Assembly: GCA_040081625.1 (NCBI GenBank) | Contig: JBEBGD010000005.1 | Span: 46,966-110,965 of the forward strand | Length of the DNA stretch: 64,000 nt | From: Chthoniobacteraceae bacterium | GTDB lineage: Bacteria > Verrucomicrobiota > Verrucomicrobiia > Chthoniobacterales > Chthoniobacteraceae | Direction: 5' to 3' | Made by a program: the position numbers and the translations under genes | In this document: positions 48,901 through 57,838 of the stretch, piece after piece | How positions within the stretch are numbered: position 1 is the first letter of the stretch | Layout of the letters: each line of letters opens with the position of its first letter | The notes under the pieces: generated by a model | Seen by the model: the letters and a program-made list of their open reading frames with translations, nothing else | The model's database searches: none | What the model was told of the DNA's origin: nothing

Positions 48901-50007
48901 CTGATCAACGGGGGCAACTTCACTTTCACCGCCACGAATAATCTCGCGCAGCCATACACGGAAACCGTGCGGGTCTGGCTGCTGGCGTCGGCGGCGGGGA
49001 CCTATGTGGGCCTGCTGCGCGACGGCTCGAACGTGGTGCGTGGGCGGGTGAAGGTGTCGCTCACCTCCACCGGATTGCTGACGGGCAATGTTCAGCGGGA
49101 TGGCGGCACACTTCACTACGGAGGCACCCAGATTGGCGCGAGGCGGATCGATGTCTTCACCAGCGTGAAGACCGTGCGCATCCCGCTCACGATCACGCCC
49201 GGCGACGCAGATGCCGCGGGCCAGCCGACGCTGCTGGCCTCGATCGATGCGCCGCTTGGGGGAACGCTCACGGGGACACTGGAGCGCTGTCCCTACAAAT
49301 CGACAAACCCCACGCCGCAGGCGGGCCGTTACACGATGGTCGCAAACCTGCCCCCAGCCGGCACCGGCCCCGCGACTGGTGCGATGCTCACGTGCAATAT
49401 CACGGCTGCGGGCAATGTGACCTTTGCAGGCCGCCGTGGAAATGCCGGCACCTTCAGCGCCGGCGGGCAACTACTGACGGGTGGGCGGCATCCTCTCTAT
49501 CAAGGCTTTGGCACGTCGCCGGTGGTCGAGCGACTTGCGGGCGAACTGGTCTTCGACAAGCCGGCGTCGCCAGCGGTGACCGGCACGCTGCGCTGGCGGG
49601 TGCCCGCCGGGGTAAATGTGCGGTTGCCCGCCGGTGTGGATCAGGACTACACCGTGCTCGGCATGCCTTACACGGCTGGCGCAAACGCGGCGGCGATGTA
49701 TTCCCCGCCCGCCGCGACGGCGACGATGACCCTGCAACTGCCGAGCGTGTCGGTCCCGCCGCTGACGCAGACCGTGGACCTCACCGGCACGCCTTACCGC
49801 GGCATGCAGCGCGTGATCTACCGCTACGTCCCCGTCCATATCGACTTATTCCCTAGCAGCGGTTTTTTCTTCGGTGAACACAACCCGGCGCGTGAAGTAA
49901 GGCGATACTTCTTCGGCGTGGTGCTGCAAGGAGCCGGCTACAACTATGGGCAGGGCAACACGCTCGATTACACGAGCATCAACGCCGCGAGCCTCACGCC
50001 GCCGTGA
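45985..50007 (+). CDS. Secreted FG-GAP (integrin-alpha-like) repeat protein with an Ig-like ASH/choice-of-anchor-D-type domain and a conserved C-terminal domain
   Basis: Signal peptide; about 14 FGxSVAISGxxVVVGA...GSAYVY repeats; FTIRNTGVADL...FTVTFNP domain; start 45985 or 46009. Confidence 0.88.
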   Translation: MHLFLPSAMHSGRSRVLPALVLLVAALAFEGFLAHPAAAQVPSALKYSIAAPAAGFGSSVAVSGSLMVVGAPDSESAFVYDLSSATPAVPVFTLNNPSVGTDDFFGTSVAISGSRVVVGAPADDTGADDAGRVYVYNLGSGTPTLPANTLNNPSPEDGDAFGSAVAIAGTRVVVGAPADDTGTDDAGSAYVYNLSSGTPTVPVTTLINPSPAVNDQFGTSVAISGALVVVGALADDAGAEDSGSAYVYNVGGVTPAVPVATLNNPGPAAGDRFGFAVAISGTRVVVGAVEDDTGALDAGSAYVYDVAGGTPTVPVSTLNNPGPAAVDHFGSAVAISGTLVVVGVPNDAANIGSTHLFDLTGAMPTVPVATLHKLSPAADDYFGTAVAADGNTVVIGTPFAVTPALDSGGVYVFGAPFAPEPDTLFHSIPAGGAGFGTSVALSGTLMVVGAPDDDTGATDAGSASVYDLSSGTPTVPVFTLLNPSPAMNDRFGRSVAISGTRVAVGAYQDDTGAIDAGSAYVYDLTSGTPTVPVVTLNNPGPAAGDRFGFAVAISGTRVVVGAYQEDTGETDSGSAYVYDLTSGTPAVPVFTLNHPSPETAANFGFSLAIDGLRVVVGAYLNDTGADDAGSAYVYDLGSGTPTVPAFVLHNPGPEVDDRFGNSVGISGTRVVVGAAGDATGAEDAGSVYVYDLSGGTPTAPAFTLNNPAPEVFGLFGTAVAVSGRRVVGGAPANAGYGASTFVYDLNSPTPTVPVVTLQKPGVAEEDNFGSAVTIDGTTAAVGAPFSPTNVVYPGAVYVFGTTAIPGIAVEVPVGVTLLDGTSSVSFGSVVVGASSAPKVFTIRNTGVADLTGLSVTKDGPNSGDFTVSALGATTLTTGQITTFTVTFNPVANGPHSAAIHIASNVGGSKNPFDLAFAGTGGVDSFFFAGSVSPGALLDVIFGRTGHALTGVSGVTGGTAMIVGGKVRFVVTDLINGGNFTFTATNNLAQPYTETVRVWLLASAAGTYVGLLRDGSNVVRGRVKVSLTSTGLLTGNVQRDGGTLHYGGTQIGARRIDVFTSVKTVRIPLTITPGDADAAGQPTLLASIDAPLGGTLTGTLERCPYKSTNPTPQAGRYTMVANLPPAGTGPATGAMLTCNITAAGNVTFAGRRGNAGTFSAGGQLLTGGRHPLYQGFGTSPVVERLAGELVFDKPASPAVTGTLRWRVPAGVNVRLPAGVDQDYTVLGMPYTAGANAAAMYSPPAATATMTLQLPSVSVPPLTQTVDLTGTPYRGMQRVIYRYVPVHIDLFPSSGFFFGEHNPAREVRRYFFGVVLQGAGYNYGQGNTLDYTSINAASLTPP

Positions 50008-50056
50008 CGGGTCCGCCCGCGACTAACACTCCCGCCGCAGGAGCGCGCCATTTCGA

Positions 50057-52213
50057 TCACCGGGCGCGCCCTGCGACTTTCCCGTCTTCGCCGGGCACGT
50101 AGTATTCCACGTAGCCGAGCATCATCTCGTCGGTCGTCTGCGGGCCCCAGCGCACGGTTTTCGTCGGGTCGGGGTTGGCGGGGTTGGCGGCGCTGTTGTC
50201 GAACCAGCCGGTCGCGCGGATGCGGCTGCCGGCGCGGACGGTGATCGGTTCGGCGTAGCGGTATGCGAGCTGCCAGTTGAAGTCGTAGCGCGGGACTTCG
50301 AGCAGCGTTTGCTCCGTGCTGTCGGGTGCGATGAGATCGTAGCGGAAGCTTTTTCCCCGGACGTGCATGTGCGGAAGGAAGGCGAGCACAACGACGTCGC
50401 GCGGGATCGGGATGACGGCGGTCTCGGGGTGGTTGGTGGCGCCGGGCGGGATGCTGAGGCGGTGATCGGAGATGCCGGCGACGTGAACGATATGCTGCGG
50501 CGCGGCTTTCGCGTAGCGGACGCCGAGCTGGACCTGGTCGCGCGTGGAGGTGCCGTTCGGGGTGTAGTGGATTTGGAAGACGAGGGTCGCGCCCGCGGGC
50601 AGCGACTTGGCGAATCCGGCGGGGAGGATGACGTGGTCGTTGCCGGGCACGTAGGCGGCGAAGAATCCGTCGCCTTCGCCGCCCGCTCCGCGGCGGCGCT
50701 CGCCGGCTCCGCGCGCGAAGACGAGGACGTGATGCACGACTTCTCGCGCGGTCGGCTTCACCTCGAGCGCCTCGACCCAACGATCGTCGGCGAGGCCGGT
50801 GGCGACGGTGACGGTCTGATACGGCATCGTGCCGGTGGCATTTACCTCGATGGGTTTCGGGATCTGGAAGATGGCGTCGGGCGTGCCGATCTGCCAGTCT
50901 GCCGGCCACGTGCGGGCGAGTGGCGCGTCGGCGGGATTGCCGGGTGGCTTGCCGCCGGTGAGCCATGCGAGGAGGTCGGTGCGGTCGCGCTCGGAAAGGG
51001 AGCGGTCGTTGATCCACGGCGTGTGCGCGCCTTTGGCCGGCGGCGCGGCGAACCACGGCGGCATGAGCTGGCGCTCGACCATTTTGCGGATCATGCCGGC
51101 TTTCGCCTGCACGTGATCGAGAGTTTCGAGCGGGAATGGCGCGACGCCGCCCGCGCGGTGGCACTCGACGCAACTCGACTGAAGGATGCGCGAGATGCGG
51201 TTGTGATAAGTCACATCGGTCGCATGGGAGGCATGGGGCTGATCGAGCACGCAGCCGGGCGCCTCGGTCGCCTGAACGGCGGGGATTCGGCCGGCGAGCG
51301 TGGCTTCGACTGCGTCGGCGGCGTAGCGGTGGCGCGGGGCGTCGAGCGAGTAGCCGAGGCCGTATTGGTCGTCGAGGGCGCCGCGGTAGATGAGCGTGCG
51401 CCGTGAATCGAGCACGAAGACTTCGGTGCTCACGCTCGCGCCGAGGGCGGCGGGTGCATCGGCGGGCGCGACGCGCAGCAGCGCGACGCCGCGGCTTTTC
51501 CACTGCGACTCGAGCGCGGTGAGCGACGGGACGTAGCGTTTGCCCACCGGGCAGTCGGCGTCCACGAGCGCGATCACGGTCGCCTTGCCGGAGAAATCCG
51601 AGAGCCGGACCCGACGACCGTCGGTGGTCTTGAAGGTTGCATCGGGGATCATGCGGCCGATGTCGGCTTCGCCGGGATTGATCCGGCGCGGCTCTTCGCG
51701 GGGGCTGGTTTGCTCGGGTTTGTAAGGTGCGGGCGCGTTGGCGGTCGGCTGTGGCGTGGTCTTGCCGAGACTGGTGAAAAACGTCTGCGCTTCTTCGATC
51801 GTCACGGCGCCATCGGCGTTGCGGTCGAGGAGCGAGAGCCAGCGGGTCTGGGCGAGTTCTTCGCCGGCGAGTTTGCCGTCCGCATTTTTGTCGAGGTCCT
51901 TGAAGCGTTGCTCGAGTTCGGATGGGTCGATCGAGCCGAGCGCTTTCTTCGCGGCGGCCTGGAGCTTCGTGCTGCCGCGCTTTAGGAGATGTGCGCGCAG
52001 TTCGTCGGGCGTGACGAAGCCGTCGCCGTCCGCATCCGCGCCGCTCACGTAGGCGGCGACTGGTTTCGCTTCGTCGGCGGAGAGGCGGCCGTCGGCGTTG
52101 GTGTCGTATTGCTTGAATTGGCCGTCGAGCCACGCGTTCGCGAGTTGCGCGAGCGGCGCGCGGTCTTGCGCGCAGAGCGTGGTGGCGAGGGCGAGGAAGA
52201 TGACGATTCGCAT
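50057..52213 (-). CDS. Secreted EF-hand + redoxin + cytochrome c + copper type II monooxygenase-like fusion
   Basis: DxNxDG EF loops, CPVG, YRGALDDQY, CVECH haem motif, VHH, IHY, HMH and EMM copper ligands. Confidence 0.82.
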   Translation of the reverse strand: MRIVIFLALATTLCAQDRAPLAQLANAWLDGQFKQYDTNADGRLSADEAKPVAAYVSGADADGDGFVTPDELRAHLLKRGSTKLQAAAKKALGSIDPSELEQRFKDLDKNADGKLAGEELAQTRWLSLLDRNADGAVTIEEAQTFFTSLGKTTPQPTANAPAPYKPEQTSPREEPRRINPGEADIGRMIPDATFKTTDGRRVRLSDFSGKATVIALVDADCPVGKRYVPSLTALESQWKSRGVALLRVAPADAPAALGASVSTEVFVLDSRRTLIYRGALDDQYGLGYSLDAPRHRYAADAVEATLAGRIPAVQATEAPGCVLDQPHASHATDVTYHNRISRILQSSCVECHRAGGVAPFPLETLDHVQAKAGMIRKMVERQLMPPWFAAPPAKGAHTPWINDRSLSERDRTDLLAWLTGGKPPGNPADAPLARTWPADWQIGTPDAIFQIPKPIEVNATGTMPYQTVTVATGLADDRWVEALEVKPTAREVVHHVLVFARGAGERRRGAGGEGDGFFAAYVPGNDHVILPAGFAKSLPAGATLVFQIHYTPNGTSTRDQVQLGVRYAKAAPQHIVHVAGISDHRLSIPPGATNHPETAVIPIPRDVVVLAFLPHMHVRGKSFRYDLIAPDSTEQTLLEVPRYDFNWQLAYRYAEPITVRAGSRIRATGWFDNSAANPANPDPTKTVRWGPQTTDEMMLGYVEYYVPGEDGKVAGRAR

Positions 52214-52247
52214 GGTGTGAGCGTAGACGGATCGAGGTCCGTCGAGG

Positions 52248-55127
52248 TTACTGTTTGCGCTCCTGCGCGTCGTAGGCGGCCCAAAACTCATACACGGGCT
52301 CGGTGAGTTTTTTGTAGCTGAGGCGGCGCAGAGTCGGGTGCGTGCGGAGGATCTCGATGTCCTTGCAGTGGCGCGGGATGATGACGGCCTCTAGCGAAGT
52401 CATCTCGGTGAGCGGCGTCAGGTCGGTGAGGTCGGTGCAGCCCTCGAGGTTGAGCTCGCGCAGCGGGCATTTCGTGAGCGGGGTCAGGTCGGCGATGCTG
52501 GTGCGGCTGAGGTCGAGCTGCTGGAGCGGCATCGCGGCGAGCGGGGTCAGGTATCGGATCTCGCGGCAGCCGGCGAGGACGAGGTTTTCGATCGGAGCGC
52601 CTGCGAGGGGGGTGAGGTCGGCGACGCGAACGTTGTTGCGCAGGCGCAGCGTGTCGAGCGGCATGCCGGAGAGCGGCGAGAGGTCCAGGATCGGGCAGCC
52701 ATCGGCGCTGAGCGAGCGCAGCTTCATGCCGGCGAGCGGGAGCAGGTCGGTGATGGGATTGTTGTTGAGCGAGAGCTTCTCGAGTTTCCAGCCCTTGAGC
52801 ACGGTGAGGTCCAAGATGCGCGTGCCGTCGACGTTGATGCTGGCGATGGGCCGGTTGCGAAGCTCCCTCAAACCGGTCATGCCGGCGCGGCGCGGTCCTT
52901 TCTCGGCCTGCGGTCCGAAGCCCTTGGTGAGGTCCATCCCACTCAGGTCGAGGTTGATCGTCGAGTCGTCGTTGGTCTCGGTCCGGTCGCGCAGGCCGAG
53001 TTTTCCGAAAGCCTCGGCGATCGTCTTGCGGAAGAGTTCCCGGTCGGCGGTGAGCTGGCGCAACATGCCGAAAGCTTCGTCCACGCGGTTTTGCGCGAGC
53101 ATGGATTGCTGGAGTTCCCGGAGCGTGGCCACGGACGGTTTGCCGTCGGGTCCGATCTCGCTGATGAGCTTCGCCGTGAGGTCGAGGTTGAGTTTGGCGC
53201 CGGCGACTTTCGGGTTGAGCGCGATCGCCATTTCGTAGGACTTCTTCGCGTCGGCAAAGCGGAGCATGGACTGGAGCACGTGGCCCTTGAGCACCAGATA
53301 GTCGGCGCTCTGCGGCTGCTGGCCGATCGCGTAATCGATCTTGTCGAGCGCTTCGCCGAACTTGAGATCCTCGAGTAGGGCCTGCGCGTCGGAGGCGAAG
53401 GTGGGCGCGGTCTGGCGCAGGTCTTCGATCGCGACAGCGGCTTTCTTTTCGCTCGCCTCGGCACGGCGCTGACTCTCGACGGCGAGCTTGTAGTTGGCGA
53501 CGGCGGCGTCGCGTTCGTGCTTCACCAGGTCGCGCTCGTGCTTGAGGGAAAAGAAGAACCAGCCGACGAGGATGTGGAAGACGATGGCGAAGATGATGAT
53601 GAGCGTGACTTCCTTTTTGTGGCGGCCCGCCCAGAGCAGCGATTGCTTGATGACGCCCGCGCGCTCGGCCTTCGTGGCGAAGCCGCCCTGGAATGCGGTG
53701 AGGTCGGCCTGCATCTCCTCGACGCTCTGGTAGCGCCTGTCGGGATCGAGGGCGAGTGCCTTCATCACCACCGCGCTGAGGCTCTCGGGCACGCGCCCGG
53801 CGGGCAGGTGGGGCAGGGGGATTGCATCGTGCGGCATCTCGACGCCGCGCGGTGTTTTCGGCGCCGACGTGAAGGTGGTCGGCGGCGTGATGTTGCTCGC
53901 GAGGATGTTCTCGATGACCTCGGCCACGGTGCTCCCGGCGACCGGGGCGCGCAACGTGAGCGTGGCGTAGAGGATTCCGCCGAGGACGTAGATGTCCGAG
54001 CGCGCGTCGATCTTCTCGAGTTCGCCGCGCGCCTGCTCGGGCGAGATGTAGGGCGGCGTGCCGACGACGAGCCCGTGGAGCGTTTGGAATCCGCGTGCGT
54101 CTGGCAGCGGCTGGTCGGCGACGGTTTCCACGCCCGGGGTTCTGCCTTCCTTGCGCTGCGCGCCGGTCATGTTTTTCGCGAGGCCCCAGTCCATCACCAT
54201 CACTTCGCCGTAGCTGCCGATCATGACGTTCTCGGGCTTGAGATCGCGATGCACGACGCCCTTCGAGTGCGCGAAGGCGACGCCGTCGCAGATTTTCTGG
54301 AAGATGGTCACGAGCATCGCGAGCGGGTATTTCGCCACCATCGCCTCGTTGTTGTGGCGCAGTCCGCGCAGCACTTCGTCGAGTGTGATCCCGCGCACGA
54401 ACTTCATCGTGTAGAAAGTCTCGCCGTGCTCATCGAGGCCGAGTTCATAGACGGGCACGATGTTCGGGTGCTCGAGCTGGCCGGTGAGCTGCGCCTCGTC
54501 GATGAACCGCAGCACGCTCTCGCGCGAGAATTGCGACGCGGTCTTCATCACTTTCATCGCCACGGTCCGTCGCACGTGCAGGTCGCGCGCCTGCATGACC
54601 ACGCCCATGCCACCGCGCGCGATCGTGGTGACGACCTTGTATTTCGCTCCGGCGAGCATCTGCCGCACGGACTCGAGGCCGAGATCCTTGTCCCAGAGCG
54701 CGGCGCGGAACTGCTGCTGCGTGTCGTCGTGAAGCCGCACGAAAAGGCGCGCGCTGCCGATCTGCACTTCCTGGTCGGCTCGCACGCGCGTGGGGATCTG
54801 CACCTGCACGCCGTCGATGAAGACGCCGTTGGACGAGCCGAGATCCTCGATCAGCAGTTCGAAGGAATTAAACGTCAGACGCGCATGATGCCGAGAGACC
54901 TGCTCGGCATCGACTACGACATGGCAGGTCGCATCGCGGCCGACGATGTATTCGCCGGACTCGATCGCGTATTTGTGCGCGAGCACGCCATCCACATACA
55001 CGTGGACTTCCGCGAGCAGCGGCACGGGTGGCGAGTCGGGCGAGTGGTCGTCGGGCACAGCGGGCAGCGTCGCGGCTCGTGAGTGCGCGTCAAGATCGGG
55101 GCTCAGAGTCGGCAGAGCGTCTTCCAT
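52248..55127 (-). CDS. FHA + Ser/Thr protein kinase + TM + TPR + leucine-rich-repeat protein
   Basis: FHA GRD/SRHH/SNG; kinase GGMG, VAMK, HRDLKPEN, DWG, SPE; TM VTLIIIFAIVFHILVGWFFF; DLTPL-type LRRs. Confidence 0.9.
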   Translation of the reverse strand: MEDALPTLSPDLDAHSRAATLPAVPDDHSPDSPPVPLLAEVHVYVDGVLAHKYAIESGEYIVGRDATCHVVVDAEQVSRHHARLTFNSFELLIEDLGSSNGVFIDGVQVQIPTRVRADQEVQIGSARLFVRLHDDTQQQFRAALWDKDLGLESVRQMLAGAKYKVVTTIARGGMGVVMQARDLHVRRTVAMKVMKTASQFSRESVLRFIDEAQLTGQLEHPNIVPVYELGLDEHGETFYTMKFVRGITLDEVLRGLRHNNEAMVAKYPLAMLVTIFQKICDGVAFAHSKGVVHRDLKPENVMIGSYGEVMVMDWGLAKNMTGAQRKEGRTPGVETVADQPLPDARGFQTLHGLVVGTPPYISPEQARGELEKIDARSDIYVLGGILYATLTLRAPVAGSTVAEVIENILASNITPPTTFTSAPKTPRGVEMPHDAIPLPHLPAGRVPESLSAVVMKALALDPDRRYQSVEEMQADLTAFQGGFATKAERAGVIKQSLLWAGRHKKEVTLIIIFAIVFHILVGWFFFSLKHERDLVKHERDAAVANYKLAVESQRRAEASEKKAAVAIEDLRQTAPTFASDAQALLEDLKFGEALDKIDYAIGQQPQSADYLVLKGHVLQSMLRFADAKKSYEMAIALNPKVAGAKLNLDLTAKLISEIGPDGKPSVATLRELQQSMLAQNRVDEAFGMLRQLTADRELFRKTIAEAFGKLGLRDRTETNDDSTINLDLSGMDLTKGFGPQAEKGPRRAGMTGLRELRNRPIASINVDGTRILDLTVLKGWKLEKLSLNNNPITDLLPLAGMKLRSLSADGCPILDLSPLSGMPLDTLRLRNNVRVADLTPLAGAPIENLVLAGCREIRYLTPLAAMPLQQLDLSRTSIADLTPLTKCPLRELNLEGCTDLTDLTPLTEMTSLEAVIIPRHCKDIEILRTHPTLRRLSYKKLTEPVYEFWAAYDAQERKQ

Positions 55128-55176
55128 CGGCAATGGAACACGGCCCGCGGTCAAACGTTAGGCGCGCTGCCTGAAT

Positions 55177-55467
55177 TTACAGTCCGGGGATGGCTGGCGC
55201 TGGCGCGGGCGCGCCCGGTGCAGCATCCGGCGCAGGCATGGGAGGCGCGGCGGGATCGAGCCCTGGCGGCATGAGTGCCGGTGCGGGAGCCGAATCGGGG
55301 GGCAACTCCATCGGCAGCAGGTCGGACGGCTTCGGAGTGTCCTTCTCGGGTTTGAAGTAATTGCGTCGCGACGAATACATGTCGGAGTAAATCGTCTTGC
55401 AGCCGGTGAGGCTCACGGCTGCGAGCAGTGAGAGCGCGATCAAAGCGGTGAAGGAGGGTCGAGGCAT
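55177..55467 (-). CDS. Small proline-rich lipoprotein
   Basis: Lipobox LTGC after a hydrophobic stretch. Confidence 0.7.
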   Translation of the reverse strand: MPRPSFTALIALSLLAAVSLTGCKTIYSDMYSSRRNYFKPEKDTPKPSDLLPMELPPDSAPAPALMPPGLDPAAPPMPAPDAAPGAPAPAPAIPGL

Positions 55468-55585
55468 GGCGCGCAGCTTTAGGAGAGCGCCCGCCCCGGA
55501 GTCAACCCCTACTTCACGCCCGGCGCGCGCGGAAAACACCGCTTGCGACTACAAAGCCACCGTGCATTCTTCGGCCCTTCGCGAC

Positions 55586-55661
<76 letters not shown>

Positions 55662-55817
55662 CTTCGCCTTGAAACTGAAGTCTCGGTTTGTTTCGAGAGT
55701 CGCGGGTCCCTGCGATTGTCGGTGCGGTGTTCGAGGGGCGGGCTGATTTTGGGCATCCCTTCGCGATGGCTGGAGCGCGATGCTTCAGCTTAAAAACCAC
55801 GCACCAATCCATTCTTC

Positions 55818-56942
55818 ATGCTCACCGACTCCACCCGCCTCCGCGACTTCCCTGCGCTCTCCGGAGTCACGTATCTCAACACCGCTGCCGAGAGCATCCC
55901 GCCGCGCTGTGTGGGCGAGGCGATCGACGATTACTGGCAGGACAAACAGCGTGGCATGAAGGGACGCGACGGGCACTTCGCGCAAGTCGAGGCGTGCCGC
56001 GAGGTCAGCGCGCGAATGCTCGGCCTGCAAACTTCCGAGGTGTCGTTCTGCTCGTGCAGCTCGGAAGCTTACAATCTCCTCGCATCCGCGCTGCACCTCG
56101 GCACGGGCGATGAGGTTGTCGTGACCGATCTCGACTTCCCCGCCGGCGCGACGCCGTGGCTGCGCGCGGTAGAGTCGCCGATCGTGCACCTCTGGCGCTC
56201 ACGCGATGGCGCGCTGTGCGTGGATGACCTCGCGCCCATGCTCAGCAGACGCACGCGGCTCGTGCAGGTGTCGCTCGTCAGCTTCTACAACGGACACCGT
56301 ATCGCGTGGCCGGCTTTTCACGACAGCGTGCGCCGGCTCGCGCCGAATGCGCTCATCTCCGTGGACATCACCCAGGCGCTCGGTCGTGTCGTGCTCGATT
56401 GCGCGGGCGCGGACATTCTCATCTCGAGCACTCACAAGTGGACGCTCGGCATCCACGGCGGCTGCATCGTCGGCATCCCGGCCGCCAGCGCGGAGAAGCT
56501 CACCACGCACGCCGGCGGCTGGTTTCATTTGCAGAATGCTTTTGATCCCGACCGCTTCGAGCGCGCCGTCACGAAGACCGGCGCCGCCAGCTTTTCCGTG
56601 GGAATGCCGAACTTCGTAGCGCTCTACGCGCTCAACGCCTCGCTGCGCTACCTCGAAGGCATCGGCATCGCCGCCATCGCTGCGCACGCCGATCCTCTCG
56701 TCGCGCAAGTCGAGGCCGGCCTGCGTGAGCGCGGCCTTCAGCCGCTGTGCGCGTGGCAGCCTCGGAATCCCACCGGCATCGTCGCCTTCCAGCATCCGCG
56801 CAGCGCCGGCCTCCACGCTGCGCTGGAGCGCGAACACATCCATGTCATGCACAACGCCGGCCGCATCCGCATCGCCGTCCATGGCTACAATACGCATGGC
56901 GACATCGCGAACGCGCTGCGTGTGCTCGCCGCGGCGCTTTAA
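55818..56942 (+). CDS. Class V PLP-dependent aminotransferase-fold enzyme
   Basis: YLNTAA, VDITQALG, SSTHKW (PLP Lys), IRIAVHGYN. Confidence 0.88.
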   Translation: MLTDSTRLRDFPALSGVTYLNTAAESIPPRCVGEAIDDYWQDKQRGMKGRDGHFAQVEACREVSARMLGLQTSEVSFCSCSSEAYNLLASALHLGTGDEVVVTDLDFPAGATPWLRAVESPIVHLWRSRDGALCVDDLAPMLSRRTRLVQVSLVSFYNGHRIAWPAFHDSVRRLAPNALISVDITQALGRVVLDCAGADILISSTHKWTLGIHGGCIVGIPAASAEKLTTHAGGWFHLQNAFDPDRFERAVTKTGAASFSVGMPNFVALYALNASLRYLEGIGIAAIAAHADPLVAQVEAGLRERGLQPLCAWQPRNPTGIVAFQHPRSAGLHAALEREHIHVMHNAGRIRIAVHGYNTHGDIANALRVLAAAL

Positions 56943-57835
56943 GCGAAGAACACCTTCTCCGCCGTCTTGCGCAGCATCCAAGCCTTGTCGTCGGCGCTGA
57001 GGAAATCGAGGTGGTCGCGAACCAGCGCGATCGAGTCGGAGTAGTTGTGGCCCTTCGCCACCTGGAACGGACAATCGCTCGCCCACATGAGCCGCTGCGC
57101 GCCGAAGGTGTCGCGGAGCTGGCGGATCATCGGCGCTAGATCGGTGTAGGGCGCCTTCTTTGCGCCGAGCGCGTAGAAGGCCGAGGTCTTCACGAACGTG
57201 TGCTCGAAGTCGGCGAGACGGCGAAGTTGATCGACGGCGGCCTGCTCGACGGTGCCGCTCGCGCCGATGCGCGCGAAGTGGTCGATGACGACGCGCGTCT
57301 TTGGGAACTGTTTGCACATCGCGTGGACGGCGGCCAGCGCGTCGGGATTCGTGAGCAGACACATCGCGAGGCCCGCGTCGGCGGCGGCGCTCCACATCGC
57401 TTTCATGGCGGGTGAATCGATCCACGCCCCGGCCTTCGCCTTGTCCGTGTAGAGCCGGAATCCGCGCACGCCTTGCGCAGCGAGGCGCTCCATCGTGTCG
57501 CGCACGTCGGGCTGCGTTTCATCGACGATGGCCACGCCGCTGAAGATGCCGCGATGCTGCGCGATGGCGTCGGTCATGTAGCGGTTGTCGAACTTGTAGT
57601 AGCTCATCTGGATGAGCACGACGCGGTTCACACCGTGCGGGCGGCAGTGCGCGAAGAGTTCCTCCGGCGTGAAACTCGGCGGCGTCATCTTCTCCTTGGT
57701 GAATCCTGCCGCCAGTGGGTAGCGCTGCGTATCGGGCGTCCAGACATGAACGTGAGCGTCGATGCAGGCGGCGTTGTCGTTTGCAGCGAGCGCAGTGGAG
57801 CCGAGTGCGGCAAGGAAGGCGCGACGTGTGTGCAT
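56939..57835 (-). CDS. Amidohydrolase_2 family (sugar-lactonase-like) with a Tat-like signal
   Basis: TRRAFL, IDAHVHVW, VIDHFA, MWASDCP. Confidence 0.85.
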   Translation of the reverse strand: MHTRRAFLAALGSTALAANDNAACIDAHVHVWTPDTQRYPLAAGFTKEKMTPPSFTPEELFAHCRPHGVNRVVLIQMSYYKFDNRYMTDAIAQHRGIFSGVAIVDETQPDVRDTMERLAAQGVRGFRLYTDKAKAGAWIDSPAMKAMWSAAADAGLAMCLLTNPDALAAVHAMCKQFPKTRVVIDHFARIGASGTVEQAAVDQLRRLADFEHTFVKTSAFYALGAKKAPYTDLAPMIRQLRDTFGAQRLMWASDCPFQVAKGHNYSDSIALVRDHLDFLSADDKAWMLRKTAEKVFFA

Positions 57836-57838
57836 GGC

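Noticed and set aside
45976..49470. Long antisense or alternate-frame ORFs (e.g. 45976-49470, 19720-21792, 35631-37751, 12434-14446)
   Set aside because: Shadow ORFs expected in high-GC DNA; they overlap genes with clear motifs and have none of their own
3..50007. DGR template/variable-repeat pair (window start vs FG-GAP C-terminus), prompted by the Avd-like four-helix-bundle gene
   Set aside because: Differences are not adenine-specific and many are synonymous; both copies are coding; no reverse transcriptase in the window
52226..52243. Hairpin GACGGA-N6-TCCGTC between the kinase and monooxygenase genes
   Set aside because: Only a 6-bp stem and no U-tract; too weak to call a terminator
56939..57835. 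Link between the lactonase-like amidohydrolase and BMC fucose/rhamnose metabolism
   Set aside because: More than 40 kb away, no operator copy seen nearby, and the family is functionally broad
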